Origin: Phaeosaccion multiseriatum
Lineage: Eukaryota > Protista > Ochrophyta, other classes
Reading direction: 5' to 3'
Length of the DNA: 64,000 nt
Assembly (NCBI GenBank): GCA_965112735.1
Contig: OZ218960.1
Location: forward strand, 186,001-250,000
This document shows positions 12,387-31,986 of this stretch, one piece after another. The position numbers were made by a program, and so were the translations under genes. The notes under the pieces are model-generated. The model searched no databases. It had not been told where the DNA came from and saw nothing but the letters and a program-made list of their open reading frames with translations. Every line of letters starts with the position of its first letter. Positions within the stretch are counted from its first letter, which is position 1.

Positions 12387-15300
12387 ACCCCTTGCCGCTT
12401 CTCAGGTCCCTGCAGAGGTCCACCCCCCTGGGGTGTGTGCGTGCGTGGGTGGGTGGGTGGGTGGGTGGGTGCACATGTGCAGGTGTATGGGTGTGTGTGG
12501 GGGGGGGAGGTATTGGGGGTGAAGAGAGGTTAGAGATAGCAGGGGGTGGAGGAGGCGGGGGGGGGGGTGGCAGCGAAATTGAGGTTTGAGGGACGGGAAG
12601 AGAGGAACAAACTCGCGAAAATCGATATCGACAATGGATATATCGACGAGAAGGCAGTCCAAGGGAGGAGCTTTGGCGACTCTCGGTAGGCACATGCACT
12701 TGGGGGAACATAGTGGCACCCCAAGTCCACTCACTTGCTGTTAGGGTCGAAGATCAGCATGTTCTTGACGAGCTTCCCCCCCCTGGGCAGCTGCCTCCGC
12801 TCCAGGCCCACGATGGTCCGAGAGTGGCCGTCGTGTTGGAAGTACAGGGGAAGCTTGACGCCGCCATCTGAGGAAGAAGCCCAGCCCCCCGCCGTTGTTG
12901 GACAGGAAGGAGACGAGCACAGACGAGGTAGAGCGACAACGGAGGGAGGAATGGAGGGGAAGAGGGGGGGAAGGAGGGAGGGAGAGACAGTCGGCTTTGT
13001 GTGTGATCGTCTGTCCTGCCTTTCTGTGCCCTTCTGTACCGTCCTCTCCCGCCCCTCACTTCCCACGCACACCTCATCCACTGCCATCCCCCCCCCCCAG
13101 CCCGTTGCGTTGCCTTGCCCTGCTCACCGAACAGCGTGTAGGGCGACGTGTCTCTGACATAGGCCTCCACGAAGCTCAGCAGCCCACTCGCGTCGGCCTC
13201 CGCCTCCTCCCCATCCTTCCCCCTGCCCTTCCCCTTGCCCTTCCCCTTGCCTTTGCCCTTGCCCGTGCCGTCGTCGTTGGCATTGCCCCCTCCAGGACCT
13301 CTCGAACCACCACCACCACCAGCAGCAGCAGCAGCAGCAGCCGCAGCCGCAGGAGGAACAGTTGGTGATACAGCAGTCGGTGCCCCAAAGCCGAAGCGGT
13401 GCAGGCTTGTGTTCTTCGACTTGTTTGGCGACTTTGGGAGGGCGGGGGTTGACCTTCCTTCCCCTTGCCCTTTACCTTTACCTTTGCCATCGATGAAGTG
13501 GCCCCCTTCCCCCCCTCCTTTGGCGCTCTCGTGGCCTTCTCCTCCCGGCCGCTTCTTGCCGTTGCCTGCGCAGCACAGCATGACAGAAGAGCAGTGGAAG
13601 GAGTATCAGGGTAGTGTGAGTGGTAGTGTGAGTGGTAGTGTGAGTGGTAGTGTGAGTGGTAGTGTGAGTGGTAGTGTGAGTGGTAGTGTGAGTGGTAGTG
13701 TGAGTGGTAGTGTGAGTGGTAGTGTGAGTGATAACTCACGGACCCACGCCCCCACGCACCCACGCACCCACGCAAGTCACTGCCCTCGCCCCAACATCCA
13801 ACATCAGGGCAGCAGAGTCTCACCTCCGACTCCTGCTGCCGTATCACCAACTGCCTTTCCTCCTTGTGCTCGTGCTCGTTCTCTTGCTGCTACTGCTGCT
13901 GATGCCGCCGCTGCTGCCGCCGCTGCCGCCCGACTGCCCTCGAAGTCGACAAGGTCCGCCCTTATACCGAAGTAGCGCAGCAGCACACAGCACTCCCCCG
14001 CGCCCACCCATTTGGTGCTGCCCACGAGCGCTCCAAGACCGCCGAGCTGCTCGCATCCCTGGGGGTCGAAGCCGTCTGCCCAAGCCCTCTCGATCCACAT
14101 CTGCAGCGTCAGCACATCTGCGGAGGAGGAGCGGGTCAGGGGAGGGGGGGGGGGAGGGAGACGGGAGGGGGTTAAGGTTAAGGGCAATCAGTCAAGCAGT
14201 CTTGTCTTTATCCTCACCATCTCTTCCTTCTCCTGTGCCTCTCTCTGTCTCCCCCTCCTCTCTTTATGCCCCTCCATCTCTCTGTGCCTTACCCGGCACC
14301 ACTCCGCATCCTCCGAAGAGCTGCTCCTTCAGCTCAGGTACTGCCATGAGTGAGGAGGGAGGCGTAGGGGTAGGAAGGCGGTACGTGAGCTTTGGAGGGA
14401 GAGAAGAGCCTCAGACCCCAGCACACACCGTTACGACACGCACTGGGCACAGGCACACGGCGGTGCCCTCCCTCACCTTGTAGGAGAGCCGCGCAGAGCA
14501 TCTGCATATTGCGGAAACCACACGACCACCAGTCTCCCCTCCCGCCTCTCTGCAACAGGGCCACCAGTGCCGGGGCCAGCAGCAAGGAAGCAGTCGGGCG
14601 AGTGTGTGAGTTTGCTTGTCGTGCGCTGTGTGTGTGCGTGCTGTAGTGAATGTGCGACGGACGGACGGACAGCTCAGCGATAAGGGAATGAGGGAATGAG
14701 GGAATGAGGGAGTAAGGCAACAACGACGACAGTGTTCCAAGATGCACACGGACCTGCGCCTTCTGCGTAAAGTGGTCCGCCTGTGGGTGCACCGTCAAAA
14801 ACTCCAGCGCTGGGCTGTTGCTGTTGCTGCTCGGCTTAGTGACTCCAAACCAACTGTGATTCTTGTTGCCGCCGCTGCTGCTGGTGCATCCCTTCGTCGC
14901 CCCCCACTGACCCCCCAGTTTCTCTCTGAGCAGTGGAATCAGGCCCTGCGTTCGCGCGTGGGAGTCCCATCCTCCTTGAGCAGTCCGCTCCACTAGCTGG
15001 TCTCTCGACAGGACCGAGGACGCCCCCCGCCGCTCCGCCCCCCCGGGACCACCACCGCCCTCTTTGTTGCCTCCCCATGCCTGGTTCCGCTGCTCCCAGG
15101 CCGCACGCGCTCGGTCTTGCTGCGGCCCCTGCGGGTCTACTAGGGGGAGCCCGCACATTTCGCAGACTTGGGCACTTTTCTCGTTGGAAAAGGTGCACTT
15201 CGGACAGTAGCCCCCTGTGGAAATGGGATTGAATCCTCCTCCCCCGCCTCCTCCGCCTCCCCCCCCTCCTCCTCTCTTTTCGCCACAAGCCTCGCAGGTG

Positions 15301-15479
15301 ATGGCCGCAGGCTGGTTCAATAGCGTACAAGAAGCACAGGACCACATGCTCGGCTCTTCACTTCTACTACTGTCGCTGTTTCCCCCTTCAATGGGTCTGG
15401 CGTCCCGGCACACTGTGCAAATCGACACCCCTTCAGCATTCACCACGGTACACGTCCTACATGTCCATGGACGCCCCAT
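12316..15479 (-). CDS. ZUP1: ZUP1/ZUFSP-like deubiquitinase, copy 2, 3'-truncated with a novel C-terminus
   Basis: Same exons as copy 1 with the Cys/His/Asp motifs intact. The last exon breaks after ...SGKGW at ~12383 and reads into the 14-bp repeat (HYGLGIMAWALWLEHYGLSVKA*). Confidence 0.72.
13610..13729. repeat. 12-bp minisatellite (GGTAGTGTGAGT) x ~10
   Basis: Direct reading. Confidence 0.95.
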
Positions 15480-16408
15480 TCCTCTCCTACTCCTGCGCAA
15501 GTTTAATTTTCCTCTCCTACTCCTGACAAGATGGATAAAATGTTTTCCAATGTAGAAAAAGAAACCAAAAAATGATGGATACCCCATGGCAAGTTGGACA
15601 TCCAAGTTGGATTCAAGTTGGCGACAACTGCCCCTTCCAACAACGCAAAAAAGGTATCTAAAAAGCAAAAGCACAGGATCATCAGAGAAGGACACCAGAG
15701 AGTAAAGAGGGAGCTGCGGAGGGCTTGGAGCCACTTTCCCTCCCCCCGCCCCTACTATGATTCAAGCCGAGAAGGGCCGAGGACGAGAGCCTCTTGTTGA
15801 GCGATGCAAACAGAAACATGAGAGAGATCCCTCCTTCCTATTGCTAGGTGATGTCGGGCGACGGAGCGACACACGAGGGGAAGGAGGGACGATCGTAGGG
15901 CACTGACCGACTGACCGCCTTGTTCCTTGCCACGGGCGGCCCGACGACGGGAGGTGCAGGGGCGGGGTACGCAAGAGAAGAATTGTTGCTTGTCCGACGG
16001 TTGTTGAGGCTATAAGTGTGAGTATTTCCCGCGTACAGTAAGCGGGAAGAAAGAGAGTTCAGAAAACAGGCAAAGTGCCGTAATGAGTGATGCCGACGAA
16101 GGCCGCAAAGCCTCCTCCTTCTTCTTCTCCCTTCCCACAACCAAAGACAGCAACAGCAGCAGCAGCAGGGTGATGTGAGCATTTCCCGCGTAAATAAATG
16201 AGTGCCGGCCTCATTGAAGTAAGGGAGGAAATGGTGCTTGACCCCGGCAGGCAATCAAGGGAGGAATTGACCTCTCAGTAACAGCGGAAAGAAGAGTGTA
16301 GTGATGGTGATGCTGATGGCCGCAAAGCCTCCTTCTCCCTTCCCACAACCACAAAGACAGCAGCAACAGCAGCAGTACTCATCGAAACTAACTCCGAAGA
16401 GCAAGAAC

Positions 16409-17462
16409 ATGAACTTCTCTCTCCAAGCAACCCGACTGCTGGTGGGCCTGGGCCTGGTCGCACGGCTTCAAGCCCAAGAGGCCGACTACCACGGACTCCC
16501 GGTGCCCAACTACACCGAGACCTACTCTGGATCGGAGTACGCCTACGTGCCCAATCGGCTCAACCGCGGCGCTGCCCAGGCCGCGTGTGCGGCCAGCGGG
16601 GAGCCCTCGTGTCCATCAACAGCGACTACGAGAACGAGGTCGTCATCCAGCTCATCGGAGGAGAGCTTGCGCCTGTCTGGCTCGGCCTGATTCGGAACGA
16701 CGGCAACTACAAAGACAAGGCCGATGGCAAGGACGTGTTCGACTGGGAAGACGGCTCCGACACGAGGGGTAACAGCGCCTGGGCGAATGGCGAGCCCAAC
16801 AACCGATCTGGTGGGGAGGACTGCGGCGTGTACTGGGGATATTTGGGAGGGTGGAACGATGCCCTGTGCTCGGGCGAGTGGTCCTTCGTGTGCGAGCGCA
16901 AAGGTGAGCTTGCTGCAAACTAAGGACCTCGGTGCCTGTACTCTCTCGGGCCCTGTTTCCCTCCTTCTCCTATAGCGCCTTGCTTGCTACAACCTCTCCT
17001 CCAACGTCCCCCTCCCCCCACCCACCCACCCACTGACTGACAGAGCCGACGAACGTGGACCTCTTCCCGTGCTGCCGCGAGGAGCTGTTTGACGGCGTCC
17101 CGCGAGCCTGCTACGTCGACGAGACCTGCCTCGACACCCCCCCGGGCATCTCCGGCGGGCTGGGGTGCAATGCAGATGGAACTGCCAACTGTCGCTTCTG
17201 CGGCTGGGGCGTCTACGCCGGCAAAATCGAGTGCCCCCACGGCGGCTCTCCCCCCCCCACCCCCCCTCCGGCCCCGACGCCCCCCCCCCAGGTGCACACA
17301 CCTCCCCCCACACCTCCCCCCCACCCCCACACGGTGGACTGCACCACGCTGGGATGGCCGGGCAGCTGCGGCGCCTTCACCGACGCTGCCTCGTGCAACT
17401 GCTGGACCAAGTCCACCTTCGGCTGCTCGTGGTCGTACGGCAGCTGCAACAGCTACCACTAA
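16409..17462 (+). pseudogene. C-type lectin copy 2 with a 1-bp frameshift (true pseudogene or homopolymer sequencing error)
   Basis: G4 at 16598-16601 versus G5 in copy 1 (9903-9907). Otherwise the coding sequence appears identical. Confidence 0.7.
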
Positions 17463-18278
17463 GCCCCAGAAAGTGAGTTAGTAGAGGGATTGAAAGGGAA
17501 AGAACTTTCCTGCATTGATCTGCTGCATCATCGCCTGCGAGTCCCTCTTCAAAGTCGCCGACCTCGCTCCGTAGCTACTCTTTGTCATTGCTAACCCTAC
17601 TCTTCCCCTGTGCTGCCGCGTCTTTCCTTTCTGCGGCTCCGCATCGCGGCTTGCTTGGGACGGTGCCTCCACTGCCCCACCCCCCACCAACACGACATCA
17701 TCGCCGCGCCAGGCACTGCTTTGCTCCGTTTCGTGCAGCCAGCCAAGCTTGTGGACGTCCTGTGCATCCATCAGCATCTGACTCCATCAAGGATGGCATT
17801 GGACGGTCACTCGTGCTTCTTCCCTCCCTCGCGTGGATGATGCGACCACTGAGCGAAGAGGCACAGGCCTGAACAGCTGACCAAGGACAACACGCAGTGA
17901 GGAGGGAGTGGGGATGGTAGGTAGTGAGGTGGTTCGTTATTCATGTGACCGTGCGTGGGCGCGCGCGCGCTCTCCAACTCATGGCAAGGGAAGTAGTTTA
18001 GCAAAGTAGATAGAGCACTCGCATCGCCGTTCTCGTCGCTACTTCAAAGCATTCGGTGATAGGTGGTATTTGGAAAATATGAGAGCCTATGGAAATAAAA
18101 ATAAATGTTGTAGTACAAAAAGCAATTGCGGTTCCTGGTGCAGAGACTTTCCTTCTTCTGGTGGGGTGGGAGACTTACATCTGTCTCACTCACTTCGCTC
18201 TCAGACACGTGCACCAGCCAGCCCAGCCCTAAGCACATCGGCGAGCGCCTGCTTATTGTGCCTCCGTCCGCTGTACAG

Positions 18279-18385
18279 GAGACGGGAGGTGCGGCGCCTT
18301 CACCGACGCTGCCTCGTGCAACTGCTGGACCAAGTCCACCTTCGGCTGCTCGTGGTCGTACGGCAGCTGCAACAGCTACCACTAA
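18279..18385 (+). other. Intact orphan duplicate of the lectin terminal Cys-rich segment (candidate alternative last exon)
   Basis: Preceded by pyrimidine-rich ...GTCCGCTGTACAG. Reads (G)DGRCGAFTDAASCNCWTKSTFGCSWSYGSCNSYH* in phase 1. Confidence 0.45.
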
Positions 18386-18946
18386 GCCCCAGAAAGTAAT
18401 GAAGTACTTGGAGAGAGGAGGAGCAAGTGAGGGTGGCTATACAGGGGTTCTCTCGTGTGCATCCTGCCAGAGAGCGAAGGCAAGCCAGACACCAAGTAGA
18501 TTGGGCCACAGAGTGGGTCATTGGAGGCCCAAGTACGCGTAGCAGCAGGCCTCCGAGGGGCAAGCAATGAGGCTAGAGCCAACTCGAGATTCGGATACTA
18601 GCAAGAGAGAGAGGTATGCAGGCTGCCTCATTGGGTAATTCTATACAATTACAGTGTTTAATGCAACTACTTGCACCATCTACGACAGACCCAAAATCTT
18701 GTGCTGTCTCCTGTACAGCCGCTTGGCTACCTCCAGCTCGGAGCCCGCGTCCACCCCTCCCGCCTTCCTACTTCGGCCCACCTCCCTTCGGAGTCTGTGT
18801 GTGCATGTGCATGTATGTGAGGAAGGCAGGGGCAGGCAGGTGAGAACGAAGTCAGTGAGAAGGAACTAGTTGTAAGTTCGCAGGATCACAAGTGTTGGCG
18901 GGATATGCATTCTCCTCACTCGGCAACCCTCGTGCTCGTCCTCGCT

Positions 18947-19092
18947 GAAGCCATAATGCTCAAGCCATAATGCCCAAGCCATAATGCCCAAACCATAATG
19001 CTCAAGCCTTAGTGCTCAAGCCTTAACGCTCAAGCCTTAATGCTAAGCCTTAACGCTCAAGCCATAATGCTCAAGCCTTAATGCTCAAGCCT
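18947..19092. repeat. 14-bp minisatellite GCTCAAGCC(A/T)TAA(T/C), about 10 units
   Basis: Direct reading. Marks the right end of duplication unit 2. Confidence 0.9.
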
Positions 19093-19158
19093 AGCCCCTA
19101 CAGACCCCCAACGGCCCTTGTCCTGCCGCGGTAGCACCCGGTTTCGGTCGGGACTTTT

Positions 19159-26410
<7,252 letters not shown>

Positions 26411-26552
26411 CTCGCAGCGCAGCGCCTCTCTTCAACGATCACTGCTTGACATCTCGCCTTCACTCGCGCAAATTCCGATTTGACTTGGCGACTGTTGTAT
26501 TCCAAATTGTGTATTCTGCCGAAGACACATTTGAGTGCCACCGTGAGAAACA

Positions 26553-29500
26553 ATGAGTTGCCAAGCCAAGGGAATAGGGGAAGGAGGAGGAGGGGAGGGA
26601 GGGGAGGGAGGGGAGGGAGGAGAGGGAGGGGAGGAGGGTGATGCTGGCAAGGAGAACGGGGCGGTTGGAGATGGGGGGGGAGGGGAGAGAGCGGCACGAG
26701 GGCAGGAGGGAGGTGCTGGCAAAGAAAACGGGACTCCTGAGCGGCCTTATAAGGTGGCTATCATTGGTGGGGGGCCCGCAGGCACGGCGGTGCTGGTCAG
26801 AGCGGCCCGGATCGGGCTCTTGGAGGTGAGGCTGACTTGTCTATTTTGGAGGATGCAGCGTTGTGTTGCGGGGAGACAAAAGGGGGAATGAAACAAATGG
26901 ATTTATTTTATACTGTGATGCCCGTGCTTGGTCTCACCGCGGTATTCTTCAATTGCCACGGCTGCACTGGACAGGAGCTGCTCAAGGGCGAAGGTGGAGA
27001 GAACGAGCCGCTACCCCCGCCCCCGCCCCCAACAAGACCACTAGCAGGAGCAGGATGTGCCCCCACGGAGGTCAACGGGGGGAGCAAGAGCTTAAGCCGT
27101 GGCAGGAAGAGCAGATCACGCCCCAGGCACGCGTGCGCAGGAGTGGCGGTGCTGGAAGCCGGCGCCGCATCAAGGCTTGGGGTGGGCAACTTGGGACAGT
27201 ACCAAATCAACAGGTACAGTAAAGGTGACAGGGAACGGAGAGCCTTTATTTTTTGCACCTTCATTTCCTTCTCCAATCGCAACAACCACCGCTGCCGTGG
27301 AACGCGCGCACCCACGAACGCGTCCTAAACAACCCCCTCTTCTCCTCTCTGCCACTCCCTTCCCCAGCAACACGAGTGCGTCGTTCTTCAGCACCAACGT
27401 CACGGGCGACCGTGATGATGTTGTCCCATCGGAGAAGGCCACAGGAACCGTTTTGGAGCCGCTGCGAGAGGTGTGTGCGTGTGCGTGCGTGCGTGCGTGA
27501 GGGAGGGGGAGGGGGGGAGCGGTGCGGTTTGGGTCGCGGTGGACGGCACTGGATGGCATCGGACGATCTCCCCTCTATGCCCTTCCCTTCCAGAGACGAA
27601 AGAACTCCAGACAGAGGAGACCTTTCAGGACTGTCCATGTCGCTTCTTCGTCCCACCAGCCACACACACACACACACACGCTTCGTCCCCTTCGTGTCTT
27701 TCCATATGACTCGCAGCCGTCTGCTGTCCTCTCGGCCACCGCTTATTCACGTGTTGCCCTCCCCTTCTCCCCATGTCCCACACACACACACACACACTTC
27801 AGAGCTCCAACGGGAAGCTGTTGGAGGCGATAGGCTCAGCGCCTGCCCCGCTGCCTCTCGTGGGTAACTTCCTTCGTGACGTAGGGAGCGTGATTCGCCA
27901 GAAACTTGAGTCCCACGCCGACTGCGCCGTCCTCACGCGCTGTGAGGTGCTGAGTGCGACGTTGCTGCACGAAGGAGAAGGAGGAGGAAGAGGTCGTGGA
28001 TGTGAAGGGGGGGTGAATGCGGCAGCACGCGCAGTGGACGATGCCGTGGTACTAGATGGAAAGGGGAAAGTTCGAAAGAAGAGTCGAAGCGTCTCGCCGC
28101 CGCCCCCTTCGAAGGATGACCTTTCGAGCAAGCGGTGGCGTTCGTCGTCTGGCCACGTGAGAAAAGTGGCGGCGTTGGGAGGAGGGGTGGGAGGAGCGAC
28201 GGGGAGGCGACGCGGCACTACTGCCGATACAGTCGACCACACAGCCGCAGCTTCAATTGATGAGTCCGAGGGAGTGTTGGGTTCAGGGGAGAGAAGCAAC
28301 GGGGAGGAGGGAGGAGGAAGAGGGGAGGACGAGGACAAGGAGAACCGAGCAAGGCAAGGGGGGGAGCCCGTTGGTGGTACAGCAGTTGGTGGTTCAACAG
28401 CAGGGGCACACGATGACACCGCGCCGCTCGACGACGAAGGGGCGCTTTGGCAGTTGCACGTTCGGGCCCAGGTGGATGTTGATCTCGGTCTCGATGTTGC
28501 TGCTGACTCCGACGGCGGACGAAACGTCGCCAACGGGAACAGCCCCTCGTCCGCCTTGAGGAAACTCGCTCGACTTCAGCCCGCCCCGAATATGGCACCA
28601 GACGGAGGTTGGGACGGCGGCGAGTGCCTAGTCAAAGGGAATGGTGGTGGTGGCGGTGGCGCAAAACGTGTTTTGGACTTGTTCCTCTACTCGCGAAGGA
28701 TCGTGCTCGCCACAGGAGGGAAACAGACGGCGCCTTCTCTCGGCAAGCAGAGCTGGGATGCAAAGGTGGGGTATACATCTCTCTGTCGGCCCCTCTCTAT
28801 GGACATCGACCCGTCTTCACCTCTGTGGAGTATCTCTATCTCTCTCGACGTCTGTCTATCCCTCTCTATCCCTCTCCTGTCTCTCCGACGTACTGAATTG
28901 AACGGAGCTTGCTTTGGCTCACACCCCCTTGACCTGCCTCACCAATCACATACCCTGCCTCTGCCCCTGCCTATATGACTGCTTCTTCCTCTGCCCAAAT
29001 GACTGCCCCTACCTCTCTGCTATCCTCGGAAGGTGATGACCTCTGATTCTCTGCTCCGACAGGAGGGGCGCAACGCCCTCGCGGAAACCCTCTCACAGAG
29101 CAGCAGTGTTGGGCATCCTGCACCCCCCAAGAAGGTGTGCGTGGTCGGAGGCAGTCATAGCGCCTTCAGCGTGCTGTGGACATGCCTCAATGGACTGGAC
29201 CTTGACGTGGGGGCAGCGGCAGCTGTATCACAAACTGCTGACACTACTTGTGCCTCTGCATGTGCAAGGAGGAGTGGTACGGACGGGGCCGACGGACGCA
29301 GGCTCCTGACCCCTCGGGGCCGGTCTTCTGTACCCCCCCCTCCCACGGCGGCGGGCAGGGTGACGGGAAGGAAGGAGTCCAAGTCGCACTCTCCCCCCCG
29401 GCGCTCCTCCCTCTCCCTCGCTCCTCGGGCAACGAAGGTGCCCGTGGTAGTACCGGTAGGGGCAGCAGTTGGTGATACGACAGTGGTTGGTGCTGATGCA

Positions 29501-31128
29501 GCAGTTGGTGATAAAGCAGCAGCAGAGGGACCGATGCCTCTGGAGGCCTTCTTCAGTGCTGGAGGGGCGGCGGAGCTGTGCCTCTTGCACCGCAGTGCTG
29601 TGAAGCTCTTCTACAGCTCCGTCAGAGAGGCAAAGAAGGACAGCAAGCACATGGGCGCGCAAGATGCCGCCGCCGCGATCGGGCATATGGGCAAGCTGGC
29701 GCAGACAGACAGCAAAGGACAGGTGGGGGACGCACCACGGACAGACTCACTCACTCACTCACTCACTCACTCACGGCCTGACTTACGGAAGGACTGACTG
29801 ACTGACCGCAGTGACTGACTGACTGATGACGTATTCACTAACTGACTGACTCTCTCCCTCAATCTCGCTCGCTGACTCATTCACTCACTCACATACCTGA
29901 CACAAGGTGAACGCCTTCACGGGGCTGAGGGGGGATGCCAAGGATCTCTTCGTCCGTCTGCGGAGAGAAGCAAGGCAAGCGGGCCCGGGGGGGGGGGGGC
30001 AGCTGTGGGCCCAGGTGCAGCAGAAGCAACAGCAGCAGTTTGTGATGCAGCAGCAGCAGCAGCAGCAGCAGCAGGCAAGTCAAGGCTGGTCCGGACTCGC
30101 TGCAGGAAATCTGGGTGGAGGCGGAGAGGCAGGAGTAGTAGCAGCAGCAGCAGCAGGAGGAGGAGGAGGAGGAGGAGGCGGAGGAGGGGGAGGCGGAGGG
30201 GCAGGCAGACTGAAGGTGAAGATGTACAAGGCGGCAGGCACAGTGCTTCAGCAGCGCCTCTACGACGAAGCCGTCGCCATTGTGTGGGCCTGCGGCTACG
30301 GATCGAACGCCATACCCCTGGCCCGGGTAAGTTACATGCTCCCTCCCTCCCTACCTACCTACCTACCTCCCTACCTCCCTACCTCCCTACCTACCTACCT
30401 ACCTACCTACCTACCTACCTACCTACCTACCTACCTACCTACCTACCTCCCTACCTACCTACCTACCTACCTACCTACCTACCTACCTACCTACCTACCT
30501 ACCCACCCACCCTCTCCCTCTCTCTCTCGACTGAATCTTAATCCACATTCCCACCAGAGGGGGGGACGGGGGTCGAGAGACGGAGGGCAAAGGGGGATGG
30601 GGAGGGGGATGGGGGGCACTCGGGGGGCTGTGGAACAGACAGGAGAGAGAGGGGTAGAGGGGTTTGTCTCGGAGTTTGTGTATGCCTCTTCACTTGGTCC
30701 GTCCGGCGAAGCAAAGAGCTCCCTACTTCCCTTTTCCTTCCATGCTTGACATTACACCTGAAGCTTTCCTTTCCCGCTTGACATTATATCTGAAGCTTTC
30801 CTTCCCCGCTTGACATTGTACCTGAAGCTTTCCTTCCCCGCTTGACATTGTACCTGAAGCTTTCCTTCCCTGCTTGACATTGTACCTGAAGCTTTCCTTC
30901 CCCGCTTGACATTGTACCTGAAGCTTTCCTTCCCTGCTTGACATTGTACCTGAAGCTTTCCTTCCCTGCTTGGTCTGTGCTGTGCTGTGCAGCGGGGAGC
31001 ACCGGGGGAGGCGGCCATTCCCTTTCGAATGTCGTGTGGGGCCGGAACGGGGGTGCAGCAAGTGGAACCGGATGAGGAGGGGAGGGTCACGTGTGTTGCC
31101 ACCTCTGGAAAGGGCTGTAAGAAGCGGC

Positions 31129-31162
<34 letters not shown>

Positions 31163-31950
31163 CAAGGGAGCCGGAGGAGTAGGGGCAGGTTCGGGTAGTG
31201 GGGCAAGTAAGACACCCAACAGCGCGAATGACGGTGCCAAAGCGGTTGGTGGTGGGGTTAGAGGAGGAGGGGGAGGAAGGGGGGCAGCAGCAGCAGCAAT
31301 CGACGAGATTGGGGGAGGAGCAGCAACAGCCGGAGCAGGCGCAGGAGGGACTTCCAGAGGGCCGCCTCCTCCTCCTTGGTCCGTGCCTACCCCAATCCCG
31401 AATGTCTATGCCCTAGGCCTCGGCTACGGCCTCACTGTACGGGAGGAGGGCGGCGCAACGTCCAAGGCGGACGGAGTAGCGGTGTATCAGAAGAAGCAAG
31501 GATCGCTCGTTCTCGCGGCCATTCTCGGGACGAGGTGCTACGGGCCCGGCTGCCGCTCGTGGGGTGACCGGATGGAGGTCTGCGCGCAGCTGCATAAGGA
31601 GGGTCACGACAAGGGGCAGGGACCGCTCACGCCGGAGCGACAGGCGCAGAGCATGGACAGGTGGGAAGGAGCGAATACAATTTGACTTACAGGAATCAAC
31701 TTAAGAATTACGTATGTGTATGTGGGTGGGTGGGTGGGATGTGGTTGGGGCTCATCCCGTGTGAGCACCGCCTCTCTGTTGCTCTTTCTCCCTGTCCTTC
31801 TCTGTCTCGCTCTATACTGCATAGCTGTAAAACTCAGAGGGAGGCGCTGGATTGCGGTGTTGCACCTTGACCAGAGAGAAATCAGTTTCGTCAGTTTCAT
31901 CAGTTTCATGAGAGAAGAGTGAGTGCCACAACGTCATTCACTTCTTGCTG

Positions 31951-31986
<36 letters not shown>

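Larger units (their letters stand above)
5716..19092. repeat. Tandem segmental duplication of about 6.7 kb (unit 1 ~5716-12382, unit 2 ~12383-19092)
   Basis: Near-identical sequence at an offset of about 6667-6695 bp (e.g. ATGs 8784/15479 and 9714/16409), with scattered SNPs, small indels and repeat-length differences. Confidence 0.97.

Noticed and set aside
30744-30970. 32-bp repeats as a CRISPR array
   Set aside because: Units are adjacent with no unique spacers, lie in a eukaryotic intron, and no cas genes are present.
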